Assembly: GCA_963765495.1 (NCBI GenBank)
Contig: CAVXWP010000008.1
Location: 879,534-943,533 of the forward strand
From: Blastocatellia bacterium
GTDB lineage: Bacteria > Acidobacteriota > Blastocatellia > UBA7656
Direction of reading: 5' to 3'
Length of the DNA stretch: 64,000 nucleotides
This document shows positions 1-11,178 of the stretch, piece after piece. The stretch's first letter is position 1, and every line of letters begins with the position of its first letter. The notes beneath the pieces are model-generated. The model saw only the letters and a program-made list of their open reading frames with translations, made no database searches and was not told the DNA's origin. Position numbers and translations under genes: made by a program.

Positions 1-1
1 A

Positions 2-1897
2 CCCCCAGGTTTGTTGACGATGTGGGACATACATCTCCGGCAACAGGTCGCGCGAAAGTCCAGAATGGCGCACATCGCCGACTATGCCTACGATCTCCCA
101 GATAGCAGGCTCGTTATCGTCTACATTTACGCCCACGTTAGAGATTCGCTGGCCGATAGGGTTTTCATCCGGCCAGTAGCGACGGGCAAGCGTTTCATTG
201 AGGATGACAGCGCCGATTCCGCCTTTTCTGTCCGCATCGGTGAACTCGCGGCCCTTCAATAAAGGAATACGCATTGTTTTGAAGTAACCCGGTGTCACAC
301 CGCGAAGACCGGCTTCGGGTTCCTGTCCGGGCAATGAAGGCCGTCCCTCAATCGTAAAACCCGTGTAAACATTATTTCCGCTAAAAGGTGCGGGCGTCAC
401 AAGGTCGGCAGATTTTACGCCGGGGAGAGCCCTTATACGATCGAGCACCTGTTGAAAGAACTCTATCCGCTGCTGGTCTTCCGGGAACTTCGTGCGCGAG
501 GTCGAGATTCGCGCCATCAACACGTTCTCAGGATCGAAGCCGGGATTGACCTGTCTGAGCGTGAAGAAACTCTTTATCAATAATCCCGCGCCGATCAAGA
601 GCATGAAGGCCAGAGCCACCTCAGAAACTACAAGCAAGCCGCGAAGGCGATGGCGTCCGGGACCGGCGGTGCTGCTGCGGCTTCCATCCTTGAGCGATTC
701 ATTCATATCGGGGTGCGATGCCTTAAGCGCAGGCATCAGACCAAAGATGATGCCCGTCAAAATCGAGGCCGTAAACGTAAAGGCGAGGACGCGAATATCA
801 ATCCCGACCGCGTTTATTTGCGGCAGATTTGCCGGCGCGAAAGAGATCAGGAAATCTTTCCCCCACGCGCCGATAAGCAATCCGAGCGCGCCGCCCGCAA
901 GTCCAAGTATCAGGCTTTCCGTGAGCAGTTGCCGCACTATGCGCCATCGGCTCGCGCCCAGTGCCGTGCGGATGGCGATCTCTTTTTGACGTGACGAGGC
1001 TCTTGCAAGCAGCAGGTTCGCCACGTTCGAACAGGCGATCAGCAACACGAAGGCCACAGCGCCAAACAAGACCCACAGCGCGGGACGGACATCAGCGACA
1101 AGATCATCGTGTAATCCGACAAGCTCAATGCCGATGTCGGTATTTGTCTGGGGGTAGAGTTTTTCGAGGCTTGCGGCAAGATTGCGCATATCGGCCTGCG
1201 CCTGCTCGATTGTAACGCCGGGTTTCAAACGGGCTACTACCCGATTTGTCTTGGCTCCCCTCTCTTGCAGGTTGCCCCCTTCGAAGGCAATGGTTGTGAA
1301 CACCTTCGCGTCGTCAACAGAGACCGGAAATTTAAATTCTGCGGGCAGGACGCCAATGATCGTGTAGGGCTCATCGCTAAGCATGAGGGTACGGCCAGGT
1401 ACGGTTGTGTCCCCGGCAAACAATCGCTGCCATAGACCATAGCTCAAGACAACCAGCCGTTCTGAGCCGGGTTTGTCTTCGCCCGGAAGAAAGGTGCGGC
1501 CGAGTATCGGGCTTACCCGGAGAAGATCGAAAAAATTTGCCGATACGCTCCCGCTGTCGATCCGTTCGGCCTCTTTGAATCCTGTGAGAGTAAAACCGGT
1601 TGACCTGAAGGCCGCGACATCGTCAAAGACCTGGTTCTGCGCTCTCCAGTCTTCGTAATTCGGGAAAGAAGTCATGAAGCCGCCCTTGCCGATCTTTGTA
1701 TCGAACTCAGAAGCGAGCACGAGACGATCGGCTTCAGCAAGCGGGAGAGGGCGCAGCAGGATCGCGTTTATCACGCTGAAGATTGCCGTGTTGGCCCCAA
1801 TGCCTAAAGCCAGAGCGAGTACGGCGATCCCGGTGAATCCCGGTTTTTTCAGCAGAGTGCGAACAGCGTAGCGAATGTCTTGAATCAAACTCTCCAT
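2..1897 (-). CDS. ABC transporter permease, acidobacterial duplicated orphan permease (ADOP/MacB-FtsX type); 3' end runs off the window
   Basis: Manual minus-strand translation: MESLIQDIRYAVRTLLKKPGFT..ALALGIGANTAIFSVINA and LIACSNVANLLLARASSRQKEIAIRTALGASRWRIVRQLLTES. Absent from the ORF track because no stop lies in the window. Confidence 0.92.
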   Translation of the reverse strand, partial: MESLIQDIRYAVRTLLKKPGFTGIAVLALALGIGANTAIFSVINAILLRPLPLAEADRLVLASEFDTKIGKGGFMTSFPNYEDWRAQNQVFDDVAAFRSTGFTLTGFKEAERIDSGSVSANFFDLLRVSPILGRTFLPGEDKPGSERLVVLSYGLWQRLFAGDTTVPGRTLMLSDEPYTIIGVLPAEFKFPVSVDDAKVFTTIAFEGGNLQERGAKTNRVVARLKPGVTIEQAQADMRNLAASLEKLYPQTNTDIGIELVGLHDDLVADVRPALWVLFGAVAFVLLIACSNVANLLLARASSRQKEIAIRTALGASRWRIVRQLLTESLILGLAGGALGLLIGAWGKDFLISFAPANLPQINAVGIDIRVLAFTFTASILTGIIFGLMPALKASHPDMNESLKDGSRSSTAGPGRHRLRGLLVVSEVALAFMLLIGAGLLIKSFFTLRQVNPGFDPENVLMARISTSRTKFPEDQQRIEFFQQVLDRIRALPGVKSADLVTPAPFSGNNVYTGFTIEGRPSLPGQEPEAGLRGVTPGYFKTMRIPLLKGREFTDADRKGGIGAVILNETLARRYWPDENPIGQRISNVGVNVDDNEPAIWEIVGIVGDVRHSGLSRDLLPEMYVPHRQQTWG

Positions 1898-1999
1898 AGC
1901 CTTTTTCCCCTTAAATCTGTCAATGATGACTTCAATGATTGATTGACAGTGTTTCGATAATTGATCGCGAACGAAGGCGCTTTTCCCTGTGAAGGCTAA

Positions 2000-2015
2000 A
2001 CCAAGCGGCGTGCCA
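2000..2015 (-). promoter_or_regulatory. Possible sigma-54 (-24/-12) promoter for the permease
   Basis: Minus strand TGGCACGCCGCTTGGT versus consensus TGGCACG-N4-TTGC; the -12 GC is GG here. Confidence 0.4.
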
Positions 2016-2179
2016 TAGGTGTTGACTACTCTTAAGTGAATCAATAGCTCAAGTTGGCGGGGTTTAATAAATCACGGGCGAGCATAACGGTGTTCGTTTC
2101 CTGGAAAGCCATTCCCAAAAACGGGCACGAATCAGTTTTCCCAATATCTTCAAAGGGGCGAATAGAAATAGGCCGGGAC

Positions 2180-2264
2180 GGTCGCGGATGCGGCGGATCG
2201 ACGCGGATCAGACCATATTTGAGCTAATCCGCGCTAATCCGTCACATCCGTCGAATCCGCGACC
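2180..2264. repeat. Intergenic palindrome of ~9-bp tandem units (CGGAT / ATCCG cores)
   Basis: ggtcgcggatgcggcggatcgacgcggat ... atccgcgctaatccgtcacatccgtcgaatccgcgacc. Confidence 0.8.
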
Positions 2265-2280
2265 TAATCTCCACGATGCA

Positions 2281-3949
2281 TTAATTGTCGGTCAGTTCAG
2301 GCGGCAACTGCTTGTCTACGCGAGGGCGGGCCGAGGCGTTGGCCAGTTCCCAGGCGGTGGCAAAGATTGTGCGCGCAACTTTCTGCATATAGTTGTAGTC
2401 AATCTTTTCGACCGAATCCGAGGGCTGATGATAGTCCTCGTGATCTCCGTCCATGTAAAAGATTATTGGGATGCCTTTTCGCGCATAGTTGAAATGATCG
2501 CTCCTGAAGAAGAAGTGATTCGGGTCATTCGGGGCATCATATCTGTAATTGAACCCCAGATTGAGATATGACTTGTTGACTCGCTCGCTCAATTCTCCGA
2601 GGTCCGTGCTCATCTTTTTTGACCCGATCAGATAAACTTCATTCGGTCCCGGCAAATCCTTGTTCGCGGGATTATTGTCGCCTTCCATCTTTCTTCGACC
2701 GATCATGTCAATGTTTAGTTGAGTCACGATCTGGTTTAGGGGGATTGTCGGATATTCGGTGAAGTATTGCGATCCCCACAGTCCCTTCTCTTCCCCCGCG
2801 TGCCAGATGAAAAGTATCGAGCGCTTTGGGCGCGGGCCGTGAGCGAATGCCTCTGCCATCGCAAGGACGGATACCGTTCCCGAACCATCATCATCGGCTC
2901 CGTTGTATATCGCGTCTCCATTGACGGGCGGTCCGATCCCTACGTGATCGTAGTGCGCGCCTATGGCTACGTATTCGCTCTTGAGCGCAGGATCACTGCC
3001 TTCAAGAACCGCCAGCACATTTTGAGTGTCTACCTGTTCGGATTTGACCGCGACAGTAAAGCTCAATCTCTTGTTTGGATTCAATTGAAACGGGGGCAGA
3101 AGATCATCAGCCGCCATGTGGTTGAAGACATCAGAAGCCCTTTGCTTCTCACCTTGAAAGAGTGCGGCCAGCATTTTTGGCGAAACGATTATCGAAGGAA
3201 TAGTGGGCTGGGAATCGGTCTCAAATTTCTCGACCGACACCACGCCGTGTTCTATGCCCAACTTACGGGTCTGATTCCAGTTTGCGAGCAATTGAAAATC
3301 GGCGAGAATGATAGTTCCAACCGCGCCATGCTTCTGGGCATTCCTGCGAGGCGTTTCCCAGTCTTCGCCCTGTTTGCCCGTCAGGTCTTGAAATGTAACG
3401 CCTTTTGGGAACCCGTTACCGGCAATAATAACGATTTTGCCTTTCACATCTAAACCTTCAAAGGCATCCATTTTCTTCGACTTTATAAACCATCCGTGCC
3501 CGGCGTAAACGAGCGGCCCGCTGGCCGTCCCCGCGCCTGCCGCGCCAAAGGCTATCGAAGCCAGAAAGTCTTCGCCAAACGCAAAGCTCTGGTCTCCCAT
3601 CTCGGGCATGAGTTCCGACGGGATCAACCGAGGCGCGCCGCAACGCGATTTTCTGAAAGTAAGTACCGTTGTCTCCGGCGGGCTTGAGCCCCCAGCGGGC
3701 AAGGTTTAAGGCGATAAACTTGGCCGCCGTATCAAGCCCCCGCGAGGGGGTGTCGCGCCCTTCCATCTCGTCGGATGCGATGAAGTAGAGATAGTCCCTT
3801 AACTGATCCGAAGTGATGGCATCCACGTTTCCAAACCGAGACTCGGACCGGGCAACGCCGCCTTTCTTGCTGCCGGGATGCGCAAACGTTCCAGCCTGTG
3901 GCACAAGCATGCCTAAGGCCAGAACAAGTACAAAAAAGATCTTTTTCAT
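2281..3949 (-). CDS. Secreted M28 family peptidase with PA domain; split by a +1 frameshift at ~3605
   Basis: ORF 3458..3949 gives the signal peptide and LASDEMEGR-like motif (IASDEMEGRDT). ORF 2281..3702 gives GAHYDH, NGADDDGSG, GEEKGLWGS, RSDH. Removing one C from cat-gccc-gag joins them (..GTHAEMGDQ..). Confidence 0.88.
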
Positions 3950-4004
3950 TTCTCCTCCATTCAGAATTGCTTCTCAAATAATATTGCCGCTGTGGGGTTA
4001 GCTT

Positions 4005-5201
4005 TCAGGCAGCCTTTTTCTCAGATTTGCTGCCGATGACAATACGCGCAAAATCTGCGATGTATGCGCGCAAACCTTTCTTTAACCTGCGGCTCGCGTC
4101 GGTGTTGACCTGTATTGCTATCGAAACTCCGTACTCGGGGAAATACTCCATCTCTGAAAGGTAGCCGGGGAACCAGCCTCCGTGACCGTAGCTCGTACCC
4201 CACTCGCTTCGTCTGACCTGAACGCCGAGTCCGTACCTGTCGCCTGGTCCTGTCTTAGCCTCGACCGACGTGACCAGTTGCCCCAGATAATACTTATTGA
4301 AGAGTTTGCCTTCATAGAGAGCCTTTGACCACCTCGCAAGGTCTTCGGCCGTTGAAGCGAAACCGCCCCCGGTCCATTCCATCTGGGGGTTGATTATGAA
4401 CTTGCCGTCAATAATCGTCCGGCCTTCAAAGCCAAACGGGCTGTTTGGCATGGAATAACCGGGTATCAGCCCGGGTATCACCCGACTATCCGACGGCACG
4501 GTATGGTCAAGTTTTAGCGGCTTTAATATTCGCCTTGTAACTTCCGCGTAAAGCCTCTTTTTTGTGACCTTCTCAAAGATCACGCCTACCAGTATGTAAT
4601 TGGTATCGGCATAGGACCACCCCTGCCCGGCGGGAAACAAAGGTTTTGCATCGAGTATAAAGGCGATGAGATCTTCGGGCTTCCATATCTTGTCGGGGTT
4701 GTCTTTCAGAGCCTTGTCGAAAGGTTTTGAGAGAACGTGTTCCGGGATGCCGCTCGTGTGATTCATCAACATTCGCAAGGTGATGTCTCTGGCATTGGGC
4801 AGGCGGTCGAACCAGGGCTCGTCTCCAAGCCATCGCTCTATCCTGTCATCGAGTTTGATTCGGCCTTCCCCGGCAAGTTGCAATACGACCGCTGAGACAT
4901 AAGTCTTTCCTATGCTTCCGGCAAGCAACTTGTCGGTGGGCTTTAGCGGAATCTTGTTTTCGACATCGGCAAGCCCCGTCGATACTGAAAAGTGCCGTCC
5001 GTCCTTCAAGACTATCCCGACGGTCGCGCCCGGAAACTCGGCTCCGGCATGAAGTTCATCCAGCTTTTCCTGAACACTCCGGCGAAGTTGATCGAGCTTT
5101 TCGTCTCTGGGACGTGCGGGCCGTGCGACTGCTGAAGACAATAATAGAGCTATCGTCAGACCGGCAAGCCACGCTCGTTTGCCGGATAACAAGCTACGCA
5201 T
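4005..5201 (-). CDS. Serine hydrolase, beta-lactamase/D-Ala-D-Ala carboxypeptidase (S12) family, secreted
   Basis: SxxK (GSIGK), LMNHTSG, YxxxNY (YADTNY), GHGG motifs; signal peptide. Confidence 0.9.
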   Translation of the reverse strand: MRSLLSGKRAWLAGLTIALLLSSAVARPARPRDEKLDQLRRSVQEKLDELHAGAEFPGATVGIVLKDGRHFSVSTGLADVENKIPLKPTDKLLAGSIGKTYVSAVVLQLAGEGRIKLDDRIERWLGDEPWFDRLPNARDITLRMLMNHTSGIPEHVLSKPFDKALKDNPDKIWKPEDLIAFILDAKPLFPAGQGWSYADTNYILVGVIFEKVTKKRLYAEVTRRILKPLKLDHTVPSDSRVIPGLIPGYSMPNSPFGFEGRTIIDGKFIINPQMEWTGGGFASTAEDLARWSKALYEGKLFNKYYLGQLVTSVEAKTGPGDRYGLGVQVRRSEWGTSYGHGGWFPGYLSEMEYFPEYGVSIAIQVNTDASRRLKKGLRAYIADFARIVIGSKSEKKAA

Positions 5202-5576
5202 TTTCAATTTCTGATCTCCTCTCGATTGTTTCTTAAAGCTTTCTGTTGCATTCAAGTCGAAGAGCGTCTGCGGGCTCTTCCATCCGCGCGAAAACATCGG
5301 CTTTTCAGCATCTAACGTAAAGTCGCTGTGGTTTTCCGCAACTCTTTTTGCAAAAACTTGTAAAAAGCGTAAAAAAGTTGTCTCCCTCCATCCGTTGTGT
5401 TGCGGGATTTCGGTTCCTCATCGTGTTTGAACTCGTCCTACCCTCTTGCCGTTCGCGCTTCACCGAAATTTATCTCTAATACTATTGACGCCAAATTGTT
5501 GACGAGGATTCCTGCAAGGGGCTAGAATGATTCACCTCAGAGGCGCAATTGAAAGCCCGTTGAAATCGGTTCTCCG

Positions 5577-5664
5577 GGGGATGTGGCGGAACAGGCAGAC
5601 GCGAAGGTCTCAAAAACCTTTGGGATAATCTCCCGTGTGGGTTCGATTCCCACCATCCCCACCA
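5577..5664 (+). tRNA. tRNA-Leu(CAA)
   Basis: Acceptor stem GGGGATG/CATCCCC, anticodon arm AAGGT-CTCAAAA-ACCTT, long variable arm, GTTCGATTCC T-loop, 3' ACCA. Confidence 0.96.
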
Positions 5665-5700
5665 GCTTTTTTGCTTTACAAATCCTGCCCGCGGCCTCTT

Positions 5701-6585
5701 ATGAAGAAGCAAGAAATAGATTTCAGTTCGATTCCAGCCCCGGCCATCTCAGAGATCACCTTAAAGATTTGCCTCAAGTGCGCGTTCGATTTTTTCACAA
5801 AACAACTGGGGTTTACGCCTCACACGGCCTACTCGGAGTTGAAAAAACACACACCCGAAGAAGCCGATTTTACGGGTGCGGCAACTATCCGGCCTCACTT
5901 TTTCGATAAAGAGAAACTCGCTCGCTGCCCGTACTGCAACGGGGCAAAAAACTGGTTTGCCGGGTTTCACGCCACGCGAATAGATGCCAATCCCTCATTC
6001 GAAAAGCAGAGAAAAAGGCTCTGGACCGCGCTAAGGAAAGAACCCGACCGTGTCGCGCTCTGGAAGAGCGAACGGACTCAGATGGAAATATTTTCCGACT
6101 GGCTCGACCGACTCAAACGCAGGATCGATTTCGCCGACGATAGATGGCTCATCACGGTTGCACTCGATTACGTAAAACGGTATGCGCCTTCAGGCGAAGG
6201 CTATGAAATAACGGACGATCAGGTGCAACGCGTACAGCTATCCAGACAACTCGACGGCCTCTGGAAATATGAAAATCAATGGCTTTATGTCACTCCCTCG
6301 ATCTATGGCGATGCATTGATCGTGCAGCATTTGCTCTCGCGCTCACAGCAGGCGGGCGGGCGCACCTTCGAAGGGCGTCTGACGCTTCAGGAGTTGATAA
6401 ATCGGCTCAGACGCGTCGGATATTTTCAGGTCAGAGAGGTTGAACCGGGAAGCGCATTCGAAATATTGGAGCAAACTATAGCCTCGATAGTTGCTTCAGG
6501 CCCAAACGCCGTGTACTATGCCGTAGATCGTAGCGATTACCTGAAAAAACTCAAATCAGTTTACGAAAAGAAGCGTGGACGATAA
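5701..6585 (+). CDS. Hypothetical protein with two CxxC pairs (possible zinc-binding)
   Basis: Long ORF; CLKC and CPYC motifs. Confidence 0.7.
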   Translation: MKKQEIDFSSIPAPAISEITLKICLKCAFDFFTKQLGFTPHTAYSELKKHTPEEADFTGAATIRPHFFDKEKLARCPYCNGAKNWFAGFHATRIDANPSFEKQRKRLWTALRKEPDRVALWKSERTQMEIFSDWLDRLKRRIDFADDRWLITVALDYVKRYAPSGEGYEITDDQVQRVQLSRQLDGLWKYENQWLYVTPSIYGDALIVQHLLSRSQQAGGRTFEGRLTLQELINRLRRVGYFQVREVEPGSAFEILEQTIASIVASGPNAVYYAVDRSDYLKKLKSVYEKKRGR

Positions 6586-6995
6586 TGAAGATCAAGTTTT
6601 TTTGCGCAACTATTCTGTTTTTTATGCCGCTCGTCGGACTCACTCAAGCACAGGATGCGACCCCGCCCGGTTTCACCATCTCGCTAAAGAACGGTAGCAT
6701 GGTGCGAGGCCGCACGCTCACGCGTGATGAAGCGAGCGGGGCCTTGCGTCTGACTATGACGGAGACGGGAACGGGTGGACCAAAGAGCTACGCAATCATC
6801 GCCATGGACGACGCCGACAGCATTCGCGCCTCGACGACAGACGCGGATTCGATACTTGTAAAACTCTTTGGCGGAAGCGAGTTGCGATGCAAAGAGTTTG
6901 GCCTGAACGGCGATACGGTAACGGTCAAGCTTGGCACGGCGAGCCGCATAGATGTTCGATGGGACCAGATTCAATCAATCAGCTTCGCGCCCTAA
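6585..6995 (+). CDS. Secreted hypothetical protein
   Basis: Signal peptide; start overlaps the upstream stop (TAATG). Confidence 0.7.
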   Translation: MKIKFFCATILFFMPLVGLTQAQDATPPGFTISLKNGSMVRGRTLTRDEASGALRLTMTETGTGGPKSYAIIAMDDADSIRASTTDADSILVKLFGGSELRCKEFGLNGDTVTVKLGTASRIDVRWDQIQSISFAP

Positions 6996-8570
6996 AAGAC
7001 CCGAGACCACCGATCTCAGGCTATCCCAAGCAAGACGGACGTGTGCAGGCGTGGTCTTGATATTTCCAATCGCCAGCCGCAATGTGTATTTCCCGTTCAG
7101 TTTGGTGTGTGAAAGAAATACCTTGCCCTCTCGATTGACCTCTTCCATCAATCGTTCATTCAACCAGTCGAGACGAGTTTCGATCTCATCTTCGGATGCG
7201 CCGTTCAGGTCGTAGGGCCTGGCCCGGAAACAGACGAGGCTGAACGGCGTCGGAGCCATCCGCTCAAAATCCGGGCTCGCGTCTACCCACCCGGCAAATT
7301 CGCGGGCCATCTCTATGTGATTGCGGATGCGCTCGGCAATTCCATCCACGCCAAAATAGCGCAGCACAAACCAGAGCTTTATGGCGCGAAAGCGGCGACC
7401 GAGTTGCGGTCCATAATCCATATAATTCTTCACTTCGCTTGAGTCATTCGAGCGCAAATACTCGGGGATCAGACTGAAAGCCTGACCGAGCACATCCATT
7501 CTGCGGCAAAAGAGCGCGCTGATGTCTATGGGAACAAAGAGCCATTTATGCGGGTTCATAACCAGCGAGTCGGCTCGCTCGCACCCGGCAAGCACCCATT
7601 TCATCTCGGGCAGTATCGCCGCCGGTCCGCCATAGGCGGCATCTACGTGGAGCCATAAACCTTCAAGCTCGCAAATTTCGGCTATCTGAGGCACGGGGTC
7701 TATACTGGTAGTCGAAGTGGTGCCCACGGTAGCGACCACGCAGAAGGGCCGCCATCCGGCCTCTCTGTCCTCTTGAATCGCGCGAGCGAGCGCAGCCGGG
7801 TCCATACGAAACTCGGAATCAGTAGCGATCTGCCTGACGCCTTCCTGTCCTATGCCAAGCGTGATCGCGGCTTTTTCCACAGAAGAATGGGCGTGTTCGG
7901 ATGTATAAAGCCGCAGCCGTTGAAAGATCGGCTCAATGTCCGGGTCTTCGTTCTCGTCTTTATCTTCGGCATCGGCCCCCAGGAACGGGTAACCCGGAAA
8001 AGATTCGACATCTGCTTCAACCGGCGGCTGACTGATGGAGCCCAGCCCCTGCTCGCGCACCCGAAGCCCCGGCACGGCCTCGCGGGCCGCCGCGATGGCG
8101 CAAAGCGTAGAAATCGAAGCCGTGTCATAAATCACTCCCGAAAAATCCTCGGATAAACCTATCATCTGCCGCAGCCAGTTTAGCGTGACTTCTTCGAGTT
8201 CGGTCGCTGCCGGGGAGGTGCGCCACATCATGGCGTTTACGTTGAATGCGGCCGAGAACATCTCTCCCAGTATCCCCGGAGCCGATCCGCTTACGGCGAA
8301 ATAGGCGAAAAACCCCGGATGATTCCAGTGAGTTACACCGGGCGGAATCAGGCGGTCAAAGTCGGCAAGGATTTTCTCCATACTTTCGCCCGATGAGGGC
8401 GCGCTTTCGGGAAGGGCTCGCTTGAGCGCCCCCGGCTCGACCTGTGAAAGCACCGGGTAGCGGTCCGTATGCGAAAGATAATCGGCTATCCAATCAACGA
8501 CTTTGTGGCCAAAGTGACGAAACTCTTCCGAATCCATGTCACCCGGTGAGGCGGGTTTGTTTTCATTCAT
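6975..8570 (-). CDS. PLP-dependent aromatic-L-amino-acid decarboxylase (group II)
   Basis: GVTHWNHPGFFAYF, SPAATELE, WLHVDAAYGG, NPHKWL. Confidence 0.93.
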   Translation of the reverse strand: MNENKPASPGDMDSEEFRHFGHKVVDWIADYLSHTDRYPVLSQVEPGALKRALPESAPSSGESMEKILADFDRLIPPGVTHWNHPGFFAYFAVSGSAPGILGEMFSAAFNVNAMMWRTSPAATELEEVTLNWLRQMIGLSEDFSGVIYDTASISTLCAIAAAREAVPGLRVREQGLGSISQPPVEADVESFPGYPFLGADAEDKDENEDPDIEPIFQRLRLYTSEHAHSSVEKAAITLGIGQEGVRQIATDSEFRMDPAALARAIQEDREAGWRPFCVVATVGTTSTTSIDPVPQIAEICELEGLWLHVDAAYGGPAAILPEMKWVLAGCERADSLVMNPHKWLFVPIDISALFCRRMDVLGQAFSLIPEYLRSNDSSEVKNYMDYGPQLGRRFRAIKLWFVLRYFGVDGIAERIRNHIEMAREFAGWVDASPDFERMAPTPFSLVCFRARPYDLNGASEDEIETRLDWLNERLMEEVNREGKVFLSHTKLNGKYTLRLAIGNIKTTPAHVRLAWDSLRSVVSGLLGREAD

Positions 8571-8627
8571 GCGAATGGTCCTTTAGCAGGAAAACTGGGG
8601 CTGACAAATCAAACCAGAGAAGGGGAA

Positions 8628-8731
8628 GTGATACGTGATACGCTCGATGATTCGTGATTCGTGACCTTCAGGCAGATAATTGTAAACCGCAGGCTACCTG
8701 CCATCACGCATCACGCGTCACGCATCATCAC
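8628..8731. repeat. Palindromic 7-bp tandem-unit element (GTGATxC / GxATCAC)
   Basis: gtgatacgtgatacg..tgattcgtgattcgtga ... catcacgcatcacgcgtcacgcatca; the right arm overlaps the mqnC 3' end. Confidence 0.75.
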
Positions 8732-9820
8732 ATCCTGTCTCACTCTCACATAATCAGCCTTGCGCTTGCAGGGCGTAAAACCTTCAGAGATTATCGTTTC
8801 TCGGAGCATGGTCTCGGTGGCCTTATGATTTGCCCCCGCCGGAGAGATTACATTCTCTTCGATCATCGTGCTTCCGATGTCGTTGGCCCCAAAATGCAAA
8901 CCGAGACGGCCTATATCAAGCCCCTGCGTAAGCCATGAAACCTGCACATTCGGGATGTTATCCAGATAGAGCCTGCCGATTGCAAGCCATCTCAAGTATT
9001 CGCGCCCCTCAATACGATCTGGAAACACCTTGCCGATTGGCACATTATCGGGCTGAAGAGTCCAGGGAATAAAGGAGACAAAACCCGGGTTGCGGTCCTG
9101 AAGTTCGCGCAACTTTTCAAGGTGCATAAGGCGCTGATCGCGCGTCTCGCCCATCCCGAACATCATTGTCGCCGTCGTAGGTATTCCCATCGAATGGGCT
9201 ACGTCCATAACGTTTAGCCATTCCGCGCTATCGCAGTGCGTTCTGCGCTTGCGGCGAATCTCATCTACGAGTATCTCTCCGCCGCCGCCCGGGATCGAAT
9301 CTAGTCCCGCCTCTCGCAGCGCGGCGAGCACACCTTCGACGCCAAGCCCCGTAATCTTTGCGAAATGATCTATTTCAGGCGGAGAGAAACAATGCAGGTG
9401 AATGTTGTAACGCGACTTCAACTCGCGCAGCAAACCCGTGTAGTATTCGAGCGGCAAATCCGGGTGCAATCCGCCCTGCATCAAAACGCCGCTTCCACCC
9501 AGTTCGATCATCTCTTCGACCTTGCGGTAGATCGTCTCGTATTCGTGCACATAACCTTCGGGTGACCCGGGCTTTCGATAGAAGGCGCAAAAGGCGCAAA
9601 CCGAGACGCAGACGTTCGAATAATTCACATTGCGGTCAACCACATAAGTAACCACATCGTCCGGGTGCAGCCGCTTTCGCAACTGGTCTGCCAGCCGACC
9701 GAGTTCATCGGTGGGCGCGGAGTCTTCAACCGCTTTCCACTCTTCAAAAGAGAGCCGCTCGCCCTCTTCGATTCGACTCAGCAATCCGTCCACATCTACT
9801 CTCTCGATTGTCTTTTCCAT
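8711..9820 (-). CDS. mqnC: Radical SAM cyclic dehypoxanthinyl futalosine synthase (CofH/MqnC family)
   Basis: [46 protein letters not shown]. Confidence 0.85.
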   Translation of the reverse strand: MEKTIERVDVDGLLSRIEEGERLSFEEWKAVEDSAPTDELGRLADQLRKRLHPDDVVTYVVDRNVNYSNVCVSVCAFCAFYRKPGSPEGYVHEYETIYRKVEEMIELGGSGVLMQGGLHPDLPLEYYTGLLRELKSRYNIHLHCFSPPEIDHFAKITGLGVEGVLAALREAGLDSIPGGGGEILVDEIRRKRRTHCDSAEWLNVMDVAHSMGIPTTATMMFGMGETRDQRLMHLEKLRELQDRNPGFVSFIPWTLQPDNVPIGKVFPDRIEGREYLRWLAIGRLYLDNIPNVQVSWLTQGLDIGRLGLHFGANDIGSTMIEENVISPAGANHKATETMLRETIISEGFTPCKRKADYVRVRQDVMMRDA

Positions 9821-10088
9821 AAAGAAGCCTCGCCTGAGGATTATAACTAAATCCGGCGGAGGCGCAAAATTCCCGCAGTGAGAGTCGAGATTTACGACCG
9901 CGCTTCGACCGCCGCTATAAAGGCGCGCCAAATTCAAAGCCGAGCCTCGCTTACTGTCAAAGAACGTGGGCTGGACTTGGCACCCCGCGTATGATAAAGA
10001 TTTCTATCGACATTGAGACCACGTTTTGCTCATCAGCCGGGCAACTTTTGGTTTTCGCCGATATTCGAATCTGTTACCAGAAGGCATA

Positions 10089-11006
10089 ATGGATTTATAC
10101 AGAAGCGTTCAAAATCTATCCCTGATAATACAGCCCGGCGACAGTTTCTTTCCTCTCGTTGATGCGATAGACAGCGCGACCCGCTCCATCAACATGACTA
10201 TCTTTCGGATGGACGATCCCATAGTGCGCGATGCTTTGAGCTTTGCCGTATCGCGCAGAGTAAAGGTGCGCGCCCTGATAGCTCCCACATCGAAAGGGTG
10301 GACAAAACGCAATAAAAAACTTACCGATGAACTCAGCGCCCTCGGCATCGAGGTCAGGATTCCAAAATCGCGTAAGGAAAAGCTCAGCCGTTATCATTAC
10401 AAAATGATGATGATCGACAATCATCAATCGCTGATACTGACTTTCAATCCTACGAAAAAGAATCTTCATTATGCCCGCGACTTTGGCCTCTTAATAAAAG
10501 ACCAGGTGATAACGACCGAGTTAAACCGTCTCTTTGAGGCCGATTGGTCAGGAAAACCGTTTAAGCCTGCGGACCTTCCTCTTATCATAAGCCCTTATAA
10601 CAGCCGGAAAAAATTACTCGCGCTTCTGAAGTCGGCCGAGCGCAGCATACGCATTATGGATGCAAAGCTACAGGATCAGGAGGTGATGGGCATGTTGCTG
10701 CGCAAGGCGGCCCTCGGGTGCGATGTCAAGATCATCAGCCGGGATTCGTACTTTGACGAGGTGGTCCCGAATTTCTATGTGAGACAGTTATCGCGTTACA
10801 AATTACATGCCAAGTGCATAGTCGTTGACGGGGTGCGTTTTTCCATAGGCAGTCAAAACCTGCGCAAAACGAGTCTGGACAGGCGCCGCGAGGTTGGCAT
10901 AGTAGTCGAGGACCCGGCGGTCGCCCGCAAAATAGAGCGCGTATTTGACGAAGATTGGATACATGCTACAGACCTGAACGCGATTCTTGAAACCAGGGTC
11001 GGGTGA
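10089..11006 (+). CDS. Phospholipase D superfamily protein (two HKD motifs)
   Basis: HYKMMMID and HAKCIVVD..GSQN. Confidence 0.88.
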   Translation: MDLYRSVQNLSLIIQPGDSFFPLVDAIDSATRSINMTIFRMDDPIVRDALSFAVSRRVKVRALIAPTSKGWTKRNKKLTDELSALGIEVRIPKSRKEKLSRYHYKMMMIDNHQSLILTFNPTKKNLHYARDFGLLIKDQVITTELNRLFEADWSGKPFKPADLPLIISPYNSRKKLLALLKSAERSIRIMDAKLQDQEVMGMLLRKAALGCDVKIISRDSYFDEVVPNFYVRQLSRYKLHAKCIVVDGVRFSIGSQNLRKTSLDRRREVGIVVEDPAVARKIERVFDEDWIHATDLNAILETRVG

Positions 11007-11178
11007 TACGGCCTCCTTTGTGGAGAGAGGGTTTGAATTGTCGCAGGTGCCGCATAAAGATGGTCGTGATGAAACGCAGCTATCACAAGCAGCGCAAATG
11101 GGTCTGTCCCAAATGTGGCCGAACGCGTATGCAGACACAGAAGCCGCGTCCGCCCAAAGCCAGGAAAGGTGATTGAAT

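Noticed and set aside
11-1871. Plus-strand ORFs in the track over the permease, and similar antisense ORFs over rpsA, TBDRs, pfkA and others
   Set aside because: Shadow ORFs opposite well-supported genes in GC-rich DNA
3595-3615. Programmed frameshift in the M28 peptidase
   Set aside because: No slippery heptamer or stimulatory structure; a single extra C in a short run is more likely an error or mutation
5577-7000. Genomic island at tRNA-Leu
   Set aside because: No integrase, no tRNA 3' duplication and no clear compositional shift
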